This document shows positions 17,601 to 25,050 of a stretch of DNA of 32,000 nucleotides, piece after piece. The position numbers and the translations under genes were made by a program. The notes under the pieces are model-generated. The model had not been told where the DNA came from. It saw only the letters and a program-made list of their open reading frames with translations, and made no database searches. Source of the stretch: Candidatus Brocadia sp. (GTDB lineage: Bacteria > Planctomycetota > Brocadiia > Brocadiales > Brocadiaceae); the NCBI GenBank assembly GCA_021650915.1, contig CP091279.1, forward strand, positions 2,280,001 to 2,312,000. Direction: 5' to 3'. Numbering within the stretch: the first letter of the stretch is position 1; the number at the start of each line of letters is the position of its first letter.

Positions 17601-18473
17601 GTATTTAAATTTGGCGGCACGTATTATATGATACCGGAAACGTCTGCCGTCAATGAAATGAGACTTTATCGGGCAACAAATTTCCCCTCTGCGTGGACGC
17701 GTGAGGCGACCCTCCTCAGTGGCAGTGCATTTGTTGATTCATCCATCTTCAGACACAACGGTAAGTGGTGGATTTTTACGGGCAATGCCACGATTAGTAA
17801 TTGTTACCTGTATTATTCTGACAATCTGACCAGTGGGTGGATTCAGCATCCCATGAGTCCGATTGTAACCGGCGATTCCAATAAGACGCGACCGGCCGGG
17901 AGGGCCTTTGTGTACGACAACAACCGGATTATTCGAACCGCACAGAACGGCGAATTCGTGAGGGTTTTTGAGGTTGATACCCTGACGACGACACAATATG
18001 CAGAGCATGAAATACCCGAGAGCCCCATTCTGAATAAAAGCGGGAGTGGTTGGAATGCAACGGGTATGCATCATTTTGATCCGTGGTGGACGGGAAATCA
18101 CTGGCTTTGTTCGGTTGATGGAAGAAGCGGTGATTTTCACAGCTGGTCTGCGGGGATCTATCTTTCACCGCACCCGTCTTCTCCGGATGGCATTATTAAC
18201 AGCCCTATTGATGCTGATGTAACGATCGACAAAGGGGACTCGGTGCTGTTTTCCGGCACGGGGAGTGATCTGGGCGGTAATCTGCCGCTGAGTTACCGAT
18301 GGAAGTTCAGTGCGGATTCCGGAATTCCTGATTCCCTGCAGAAAGATCCTGGTTTAACACAGTTCAATATAGCAGGCACCTTCACGGTCACCCTTACTAT
18401 TACCGATGCCGTGGGGATCTATGACCCTACCCCCGCGGTACGAACCATTTCCGTTCTGGACACCACACATTGA
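14637..18473 (+). CDS. Secreted multidomain protein: signal peptide, 4 bacterial Ig-like (SbsA/Big_5-like) domains, 2 LamG_3 domains, a GH43-like/GINT1_N-like beta-propeller, and a C-terminal PKD domain
   Basis: 1278 aa. AAGGGAGG lies 7 nt upstream of the ATG. The signal peptide ends TYA|QD. Four ~95-aa units read SPAxxxxGVxxNxAITxTFSExMxAxTI...YTATIT. LamG_3 signatures are YYTFxEGxGTxxNDSSGNGN...LSFDG. The propeller strings are ADTFLF...HLSYPQVF..YYMIPE..RLYRAxxFPxxW..WWIF. The PKD-like tail reads LSYRWKF...TFTVTLTITD. Domain names are from memory, not from a search. Confidence 0.85.
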   Translation: MFHNHFVCAVSAKPYPILRFKGNKIIPALLFFCAFLLLVVRQTYAQDATPPTVTQTSPAGNEAGVGVNRAITATFSELMNANTITMATFSVTDGVASVAGTLSYLDTTVTFTPSNDLPYSTRYTATITTGVTDLAGNALSSNYTWSFTTSIASPEGLQAYYTFDEGNGTVVNDSSGNGNNGTITGATWTTGKSGGGLSFDGNNDSVTVPRMNNDEVSVCAWFYKNANDTTRHDAIFSGLRASLNTQLREGFELRFPASAPDRIEFVLVTQDGSGNKSTRIAQGDLVHSVGNWYHVAGTYNKTSGEQKLYVNGGLVHTLLHGAGNTIVPLTLYSDMRIGYSRVNNGYFRGVVDEVKLYSRALTNQEILDLFNSPTVSTTSPAENEAGVAVNSAITATFSEPMDANTITTATFTPTDGVTPVTGTVSYTGTTATFMPSGNLSYATNYTATITTGATDLSGDALTSAYTWSFTTGAAPPQGLLAYYTFNEGSGTVINDSSGNGNTGAINEAAWTTGRSAGGLSFDGLNDYVYLGNPLSLQPGAVSVSAWFKTTDSNGIIIRKRSYGYGLDVWNSGRISFWIYNSAATLFRASSLLAYHDNLWHHAVGVYDGSTVRLYIDGAQVASAPAGTIFYGAGGIAIGRDGDSSGSYYSGLIDGVSIYNRALSNQEVSDLFHNPGLFDTIPPVVSSTSPARDATGVALNSAITVTFNEAMNASTINTSTFTVSNGVSDIEGTVSYRGETATFTPSSNLTYATSYTARITGGVRDAGGNAMTGNYSWSFLAGAPDTTAPAVNSTRPVSTATTVAVNSAITVIFSEVMDAATINASTFTVRNESTSSEISGTVSYSGVIATFTPSSSLAYATPYTATITTGARDAAGNAMAANYAWSFTAVSAQEEMIPDWTNVVYSPFHLVPPTTVTNPVQKGSDVTEYPADMVADTFLFYENNTWYMFNETLGSGHNGDLAVSLSSDGLHWTYQQIVLNEPFHLSYPQVFKFGGTYYMIPETSAVNEMRLYRATNFPSAWTREATLLSGSAFVDSSIFRHNGKWWIFTGNATISNCYLYYSDNLTSGWIQHPMSPIVTGDSNKTRPAGRAFVYDNNRIIRTAQNGEFVRVFEVDTLTTTQYAEHEIPESPILNKSGSGWNATGMHHFDPWWTGNHWLCSVDGRSGDFHSWSAGIYLSPHPSSPDGIINSPIDADVTIDKGDSVLFSGTGSDLGGNLPLSYRWKFSADSGIPDSLQKDPGLTQFNIAGTFTVTLTITDAVGIYDPTPAVRTISVLDTTH

Positions 18474-18668
18474 TCCCACGGTCAAGCTGGAATTTAAGTT
18501 TTGTGGACAATTAGTAATTGATAGAGGGAAATTATGCGGTAGTATCTGCCTTTGAAGGGAATATCGACACAACCTGACATCTGAAATGTCTTTGTGGCGC
18601 TGCTCCTTTACCCCATAAAACTCAGATCAACTTCTAGCTTTTTGAAACTCCTTCCATTGGTATTCCTA

Positions 18669-18708
18669 TGTGCCATGACACACAAGTGTGTCATGGCACA
18701 CTTTTCTT
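18669..18708 (+). terminator. Rho-independent terminator (perfect 15-bp arms) downstream of the 1278-aa gene
   Basis: TGTGCCATGACACAC-aa-GTGTGTCATGGCACA (18669-18700) followed by CTTTTCTTT. Confidence 0.7.
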
Positions 18709-19112
18709 TGGAGTATTCATACATATTCTTTGTCGTTTTACTATAATTTATTTTGTTTTTAATCCAAGCGAACAAAGTAACTTATAGCTAAACTGCGCCG
18801 TAATCCAATTCGCGTATCGGTATCATGGCATTTGTCTTGCGCAACTCCTAGGAATCATACGACAAAATTCACCCTAATACTGGTTGAGTTCGTTGCCTGT
18901 TACATGACGAAAAAGGAGGTGGCGAGAGACAAAGAAAAAAGGAGCGTAATGCCAGAACGCCAATACAAAAATTCCTGGCAAAAAACTGAAATATATTATA
19001 CCAAAAGATGAAGAAGTATTTGAAAAGGATCGTTGACAGAAATACGGCTATTTGCAAGACCTATCGAGCCTTGCAAGATATTTTTTGTTGATAGGAAGGG
19101 AAAGGAGTGAAG

Positions 19113-21917
19113 ATGAAAAACAGGAAATGGTTATGGTTCGTATCGTACTTGGCAGTTCCTCTCACATACATTGGGCTTGCTGGTATCTGCCTTTTCACAT
19201 CGCCTGATGCCTATGGCGAAGCCTGGTTCAGAGGCATCGTGGACAGGGACGGGAACGTTGGAAGGTACAGCTCTCTGGCAACCGATTCATCAGGCAACCT
19301 GCACATCGGTTACTATGACTATACCAATTCCGATCTCAGGTATGCAACCAATGCATCCGGCTCATGGGTAGCTACCACCGTGGACAGCACAGGTAGTGTA
19401 GGCGTAAATACCTCCCTGGAGCTTGATTCATCAGGCAAGGCGCATATCAGTTATGTGGATACAACGGGATACCTCAAGTACGCGACCAATGTGTCCGGAT
19501 CATGGGTAACTACCACGCTGGATAGCGGCAACGTCCAGGAAACCGATATAGCAATTGATTCATCCAATAACGTGCATATCAGTTACTGCAACAATGACGC
19601 CCTCAGATATGCGACGAATGTATCAGGCTACTGGGTAATAACCACCGTAGAAAGCGGTGCTGCACGCAATTGTTCCCTGGCAATAGATACATCAGATAAG
19701 GCACATATCGGTTATAAGAACAGTGGCCTCAGATATGCAACCAATGCATCCGGTTCCTGGGTAACAATCCCCATCGATAGTGCAGCGCACATTGACGATA
19801 ACTCCTCCATAGCAACAGATTCGTTAAATAATGTGCATATCAGTTACCGGGATTATGGTAATGCCGATCTCCAGTACGCTACCAATGCATCCGGCTCGTG
19901 GGTAACAACCACCGTGGATGCGGATAACGCCGGCAGCGATTGTTCCCTGGCGATAGATTCGTCAGATAAGGTGCACGTCAGTTATAAGAGTAATAGTGCC
20001 CTTAGCCGTGGCCTCAAATACGCGACCAATGAAACCGGCGCGTGGGTAACAATCACGGTGGATGAATATCATGATTACCGGTATAGCTCACTGGCGCTTG
20101 ACTCTTCAGATAAGGTATACATCAGTTACTATGAGTATGGTGACGGAGACCTCAAGTATGCGACGACAGGGCATGTTTCATGGGAGATAACCACGGTGGA
20201 TAGTAGTGGGAATGTAGGACAGTATAGCTCCCTGGCAATAGACTCTTCAGGTAATACCCATATCAGTTACAGGGATAATGGCAATGGCTATCTCAAGTAT
20301 GCGACCAACGCGTCGGGTTCGTGGGTAACGACCACGGCGGTCGCTAGTGACGCACGGGATAGCTCCCTGGCTCTTGACTCGTCAGGTAATGCACATATCA
20401 GTTACATTAGTGGCTCTCCTTCAAGCCTCATGTACGCAACCAATGCATCCGGTTCGTGGGTAATAATTCCCCTGGATATCACGAATTGGAACGATTTCAT
20501 CGGAGATACCTCCATAGCAATAGACTCGTCAGATGAGGTACATATCTGTTATCGGCTTACCCCTCATTATAGCCCGAGCACCCTCAAATACACAACCAAT
20601 GCCTCTGGCTCGTGGGTCACAGCCACCCTGGTCAGCACAGGAGTCGCTGGCTATACCTCTATTGTGACAGATTCGTCAAATGACGTGCATATCAGTTACG
20701 TAGATAACACGAATTACTATGGGCATCTCGAGTATATTACCAATGCATCAGGTTCATGGGTAACCACTACAGTAGATGACACTGCGAACGTAAACACAGG
20801 GACATCTCTCTCGCTTGACTTATCAGATAACGTGCATATCAGCTATCGTACAGGAAATAGTTACGACCTCAGATACGCAACCAACGCCTCTGGTTCGTGG
20901 GCAATAACGACAGTAGATGCAACGGGCATTAAGGGTGGTTATTCCTCCCTGGTGCTTGACTCATCAGGCAAGGTGCATATCAGTTACTACGATGAGGATT
21001 GGTATGGCCATGACCTCGAATATGCGACCAACGCATTTGGTTCGTGGATAACAACGACGGTGGACAGTTGGGGCGTTGTCGGAGAATATACCTCCCTGGC
21101 GCTTGATTCATCGGGCAAGGTGCATGTCAGTTACTATGATGGTGATAACGGAGACCTCAAGTATGCGATTATCTCTTTGTCTCAAACTCCTCCTCCGACT
21201 CCAACTCCAACGCCAAGTCCCACACCGAGTCCTACGCCAAGTCCTGCACCAGGCCCTTGTCCCGGGTCGCAGGCTTGTTATACCTTCGATGAAGGAAGCG
21301 GAGATAGTGCCGGAGACTCGTCGGGGAACGGTCATGACGGCGTCATCAATGGCGCAAGCTGGACAACCGGAAGGGACGGCAGCGGTCTGAATTTTGACGG
21401 CGTTGACGATGAGGTGTCAATCCCGGCCATGAATAGCGAGGAAGTTTCCGTGTGTGCATGGGTCTATAAGCATGCAAATGATCCGCTGGGATTTGATTTT
21501 ATCTTCAACGGGCTGAAACCGCATGGCAATCCACAATTGCGTGAGGGTTTTGCTTTAAAGTTTTTCAGAAGAAGCCCCAATTCCGTGGGTTTTGTCGTTA
21601 TAACACAAGACGCAAACGGAAAAAGGAGACAGAGGACTGCGTCGTACAATCTGATGAATTCCATAGGTGGCTGGCATCATATTGCAGGCACGTACAATAA
21701 GGCAACCGGTGAACAGAAGTTGTATGTCAACGGACAACCGGTGAAGACGGTAAGACATCCACCAGGGAACAGCATCGTACCGCAGACCTATTATCCTGAA
21801 ATGAAAATTGGGAATTCCTTGTTGAGAAATGGTTGTTTCAATGGCATTATCGATGGGGTGTGTATTTACAACAGGCCACTGAGCGATCAGGAGGTGCTGG
21901 ACGTCTACGATAATTGA
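19113..21917 (+). CDS. Secreted repeat protein: about 13-14 tandem ~45-aa YATNxSGSW repeats (putative beta-propeller), a Pro/Thr linker and a C-terminal LamG_3 domain
   Basis: Track ORF 19107..21917 starts at GTG. ATG 19113 sits 5 nt after AAAGGAG. The N-terminal hydrophobic signal ends AYG|EA. The repeat consensus is W(V)TTTVDSxGxVGxYSSLAxDSSGxxHISYxDxxNxDL(K/R)YATNASGS. The linker TPPPTPTPTPSPTPSPTPSPAPGP is at 21181-21266. The LamG domain is at 21273-21914. Confidence 0.85.
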   Translation: MKNRKWLWFVSYLAVPLTYIGLAGICLFTSPDAYGEAWFRGIVDRDGNVGRYSSLATDSSGNLHIGYYDYTNSDLRYATNASGSWVATTVDSTGSVGVNTSLELDSSGKAHISYVDTTGYLKYATNVSGSWVTTTLDSGNVQETDIAIDSSNNVHISYCNNDALRYATNVSGYWVITTVESGAARNCSLAIDTSDKAHIGYKNSGLRYATNASGSWVTIPIDSAAHIDDNSSIATDSLNNVHISYRDYGNADLQYATNASGSWVTTTVDADNAGSDCSLAIDSSDKVHVSYKSNSALSRGLKYATNETGAWVTITVDEYHDYRYSSLALDSSDKVYISYYEYGDGDLKYATTGHVSWEITTVDSSGNVGQYSSLAIDSSGNTHISYRDNGNGYLKYATNASGSWVTTTAVASDARDSSLALDSSGNAHISYISGSPSSLMYATNASGSWVIIPLDITNWNDFIGDTSIAIDSSDEVHICYRLTPHYSPSTLKYTTNASGSWVTATLVSTGVAGYTSIVTDSSNDVHISYVDNTNYYGHLEYITNASGSWVTTTVDDTANVNTGTSLSLDLSDNVHISYRTGNSYDLRYATNASGSWAITTVDATGIKGGYSSLVLDSSGKVHISYYDEDWYGHDLEYATNAFGSWITTTVDSWGVVGEYTSLALDSSGKVHVSYYDGDNGDLKYAIISLSQTPPPTPTPTPSPTPSPTPSPAPGPCPGSQACYTFDEGSGDSAGDSSGNGHDGVINGASWTTGRDGSGLNFDGVDDEVSIPAMNSEEVSVCAWVYKHANDPLGFDFIFNGLKPHGNPQLREGFALKFFRRSPNSVGFVVITQDANGKRRQRTASYNLMNSIGGWHHIAGTYNKATGEQKLYVNGQPVKTVRHPPGNSIVPQTYYPEMKIGNSLLRNGCFNGIIDGVCIYNRPLSDQEVLDVYDN

Positions 21918-21929
21918 CCTAAAGACCAG

Positions 21930-22003
21930 GGAGAGCGAAGCGATCCTTCGCTCTCCGGGTTATCTGTGCAATACAAATTCCTGATCTCCTGTAAGGAGTT
22001 TTT
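21930..22003 (+). terminator. Terminator region of the 934-aa gene (strong hairpin plus a small hairpin with a T-run)
   Basis: GGAGAGCGAAG-cgatc-CTTCGCTCTCC (21930-21956), then CTCCT-gta-AGGAG-TTTTT (21986-22003). Confidence 0.5.
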
Positions 22004-22230
22004 AATTAGTATTTGAACGGAAACCCACCAAAGCCAGGTAAAACAAGGCAAAGCAGGAGAAAATAGTTGATGAAGGGCATTGAATACAGTCATAAGAAAT
22101 GGGGTTCTTCTCCCAATTAGTCAATAAGAATTGAGAAGAAAATCCTTTAAATCATTGAAAAGAGTGGACATTTGGTGTTTCCTATAGATAGATATATACC
22201 GTTATAGAAACTATTTACAGGAGACCAGCA

Positions 22231-23066
22231 ATGTCCCCATTAAGTATATTACCATATTTTCCTTTTCAGCGGGTAAGAATTACGAAGCAAACTGTTTTTC
22301 CTGATGCTGAGATATCTCAGCTTACTGCCGTGCCCGATGAACGATTTCGTCCAATATGTCATGCGTGTAGCAGCAAAGCACAGCGCATTTACCGCCATGA
22401 CAAACGATTTTTGCGGGATCTGAATCCTGGTTCAGTTCGCGTATGGATAAATTGTTCGTATCGTAAGATAGCCTGTGAGTCATGCAATCGAATCGTAGTT
22501 GAAGGCTTGGGGTTTTTTTCAACCTTACAGTCGTGTTACGCATCGTTTAGCAGCGTATATTCACGAATTGTGTAAAGTGTTAACCGTAACCGAAGTTGCA
22601 AAACATTTTGGAATTAACTGGAAAACCGTAAAAACCATCGAAGAAGGATAAGGACGTCATCAAGGGTTCAAAATATCTTTTGTTAAAAAACAAGCGAAAT
22701 ATTCGCAGGAAAAAACACCGAGAACATCTCAAACAGCTCTTGTCGCTCAATGAAACCATAAATACCGTTCTGATTCTTAAAGATAAGCTCAAACATATTT
22801 GGACCTATACCTCACGGACGTGGGCCAGAAAAACCATTGATGAATGGAGCCTCCTGGCGAGAACGCTCAACTATTCCGTCGTGAATAAATTTGCAAATAT
22901 GCTTACAAAATACAGCTACGGAATCTTGAATCACTGTGACTATAAAATTCATACCAGTAAACTCGAAGGGGTTAATAATAAGATCAAAGTTATCAAAAGA
23001 AAAGCTTATGGATTTCATGACGAACGGTACTTTTCATTAAAAATTATACAAGCTTTTGCAAACTAA
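22231..23066 (+). pseudogene. ISL3-family transposase remnant (frameshifted, DDE core deleted)
   Basis: N-terminal zf-ISL3-like segment (CHACSS...H...FLRDL...CESC). A frameshift occurs at the T7 run near 22516, after which another frame reads PYSRVTHRLAAYIHELCKVLTVTEVAKHFGINWKTVKTIEEG* (HTH). The C-terminal frame (from 22632) reads DVIKGSKYLLLKN...LEGVNNKIKVIKRKAYGFHDERYF. The total is about 280 codons against about 400+ expected. Confidence 0.8.
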
Positions 23067-23068
23067 TT

Positions 23069-24708
23069 GGCCTGACTTTTTCCTCGATTTTATACATTAC
23101 ACTTTGTCAAGAGATGCGGATTAATTTCCCTTAGGATGTCTTCTTGTTTTTTACTCAGAGTTACTGTTTTTACGAATCTGTTTTTTGATTTTGGATCGGT
23201 GATGTACACTCGACACATCGACTCCATGGTTTCTATTGCCTCAGTTGCCTTTATTCCTATTTTCTTAAGTCTGTATTCAAGGACAGAGAGAAGTAAATAG
23301 GCGAGATAGCAAACAAAAATATGTCCCTTGACTCGATTAGTTAGCCAGAACCTTACCTTGTCCATTTCTAAAAGGCTTTTCATACATCGGAAGGATTTCT
23401 CTACGGTATCTTTTTCAAAATACCCCCTGATCATATCTTTTTCACTGAGATTCCTCGCCGAGAAGATTACCGATATTCCGTCATAGCGCCCTGCCAATGT
23501 CAAAGACTTGTAATTGGCCTTATTCCCGCTTATATATTTCTTCAGCCCCTCGCGGATATCCTTGTTCTGACCGATCTGTTGGAGGGCATGATCAATCTCG
23601 TCATATCTCCTCTCGCGAATCGCCTGCTTTTCTTTCTCGTTAAGACAAACGGCAAGATATCCATCAATCCCGTCTATCCGGTACCGTTTCTTCTTCACAT
23701 AGAAGGTGGCATTCTGAAGTCTTACTCTCTGCTTCATGGAGATGATATCCTCCCCCAGAACGTGATCGGCAACCTTCTTTAAATCTCCTTTCAACGCTAG
23801 CCCACATAACACTTCAAATCCCATCTCTTTGGCTTCTTTGATGTTCAATTGAGAAGAAACTCCTCGGTCCCATACAATACAGATGTCCTTGATATGCTGA
23901 CCTCTAAGATGAAGAAGAATGTCCGGCAGTGTCCTCGCATCAAAGATGTTTCCCTCAAATACTTTGTGAAATATTGGAATCCTTTCCCCCTGCGTTACCG
24001 CTAATCCAACCTGAATTTGCCGCTCCCTCCTCCCTTCCGCATTATGCCCACGCTTGGCCAGAGGGCAACATACCCCGTAAAAATAGATGTTCGTAATATC
24101 GTAAAAATACCCTTTCGCCGATAGATTTAAAATCTCTTTTAAACGTCCAAATATTTGCCATTGAATCTCCGCCCCTTTCATCCCCTCTACCGAATCGATT
24201 GCCTCGATCAATTTCTTGTACGTAACATCGGAAAGAGAAAGAAGACTACCCATCTCGGTCTTCTGATACCAATCTGCCATCCCCGTTAAACTATCTGGCG
24301 AAATGCAATGAGCATAGGCCAAGCTTAACAAATAGTCCCCATATTCCCCCAATATACCAGATAAATCAATTTGTCTTGCGATCTCGTCTAACATCAATAA
24401 GGGACCATAGATTGTCACCCGATCTATCGTGGAATTCGCCACCGACCCTGTTAAAATCGGTGTATCAGCTACTTCTTTACCCACATACCGGATATGCTTC
24501 TGGATAACCTTGCCGCCTACTCTTACATTTTCTACCTCGGCTAGGTAAATTGAGGCTCCTCGTTTTATCCTCCGTATAAAGCTCATAGTGCATATCGTAT
24601 ACACTACATGACGCTTTGCCAATATGCCTTTATGCTTAATTTGCCCCTATCTATTTATACTCCTTGTAATCCCGCTTTGTAGTGTATATAATTCAAGGAA
24701 AAGTCAGG
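23069..24708 (-). mobile_element. IS1634-like (IS4 superfamily) insertion sequence
   Basis: Terminal inverted repeats: CCTGACTTTTTCCTCGATTTTATACATTAC (from 23071) against the reverse complement of the right end, CCTGACTTTTCCTTGAATTATATACACTAC (ending at 24708). TAATT occurs at 23064-23068 and 24709-24713, a possible 5-bp target duplication if the left end is 23069. Confidence 0.75.
23090..24586 (-). CDS. IS1634-family DDE transposase
   Basis: Within ORF 23090..24622 (track start TTG). ATG 24586 gives MSFIRRIKRGASIYLAEVENVRVGGKVIQKHIRYVGK, a typical IS1634 N-terminus. It also has DITNIYFYG, VWDRG and a Y-x2-K-x3-E-x6-K block (GYFEKDTVEKSFRCMK). Confidence 0.85.
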   Translation of the reverse strand: MSFIRRIKRGASIYLAEVENVRVGGKVIQKHIRYVGKEVADTPILTGSVANSTIDRVTIYGPLLMLDEIARQIDLSGILGEYGDYLLSLAYAHCISPDSLTGMADWYQKTEMGSLLSLSDVTYKKLIEAIDSVEGMKGAEIQWQIFGRLKEILNLSAKGYFYDITNIYFYGVCCPLAKRGHNAEGRRERQIQVGLAVTQGERIPIFHKVFEGNIFDARTLPDILLHLRGQHIKDICIVWDRGVSSQLNIKEAKEMGFEVLCGLALKGDLKKVADHVLGEDIISMKQRVRLQNATFYVKKKRYRIDGIDGYLAVCLNEKEKQAIRERRYDEIDHALQQIGQNKDIREGLKKYISGNKANYKSLTLAGRYDGISVIFSARNLSEKDMIRGYFEKDTVEKSFRCMKSLLEMDKVRFWLTNRVKGHIFVCYLAYLLLSVLEYRLKKIGIKATEAIETMESMCRVYITDPKSKNRFVKTVTLSKKQEDILREINPHLLTKCNV

Positions 24709-24726
24709 TAATTTAGTGTGCAGGAA

Positions 24727-24850
24727 CTTCAATGTTTGTTGTAGAGGCGAAGCATTTGCTGATATCAGATTTGAATGTCATCTTAATATCCTGGACAGCA
24801 AATGCTTCGCCCCTACGTATGATCGCAAACAAAGTAGCCGAAGGCCTAAT
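24727..24850 (+). repeat. Long copy of the dispersed hairpin element
   Basis: Twenty-one-nt arms GTAGAGGCGAAGCATTTGCTG (24741-24761) / CAGCAAATGCTTCGCCCCTAC (24796-24816) with 1 mismatch. The flanks TTCAATGTTTGTTGTAGAG and CCGAAGGCCTAAT are shared with 14485-14550. The stem 16-mer GGGGCGAAGCATTTGC is shared with 1290-1309. Confidence 0.8.
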
Positions 24851-25050
24851 TTACGTGTCAGATCGGGACGGCAAATATTACCTTATGCGCAGGGTAGATT
24901 AAGGCGTTGGTTTTTATGCCGAATCCATCTTTACGGTATCTGTAAAATGGTGGATTTGCTCCGCGTAGACCACCCTACCGCTACCGTCAGAAAATCGCAC
25001 AAATATTAATGAAAATTTCTATCCATCAAACTTATTCACAGGAGTGACGC

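Noticed and set aside
21181-21266. Pro/Thr-coding low-complexity DNA considered as a separate tandem-repeat feature or antisense ORFs (21076-21390+, 21108-21335-)
   Set aside because: It is in frame within the 934-aa gene and reads as a typical PT interdomain linker.
24716-25009. 97-aa plus-strand ORF upstream of htpG
   Set aside because: It is translated straight through the long hairpin repeat (24741-24816). It is Arg/Cys-rich with no RBS and is very likely non-coding.
24851-25050. Search for a CIRCE (TTAGCACTC-N9-GAGTGCTAA) or sigma-32-type heat-shock promoter upstream of htpG
   Set aside because: I found no convincing match by eye, so no regulatory call is made.
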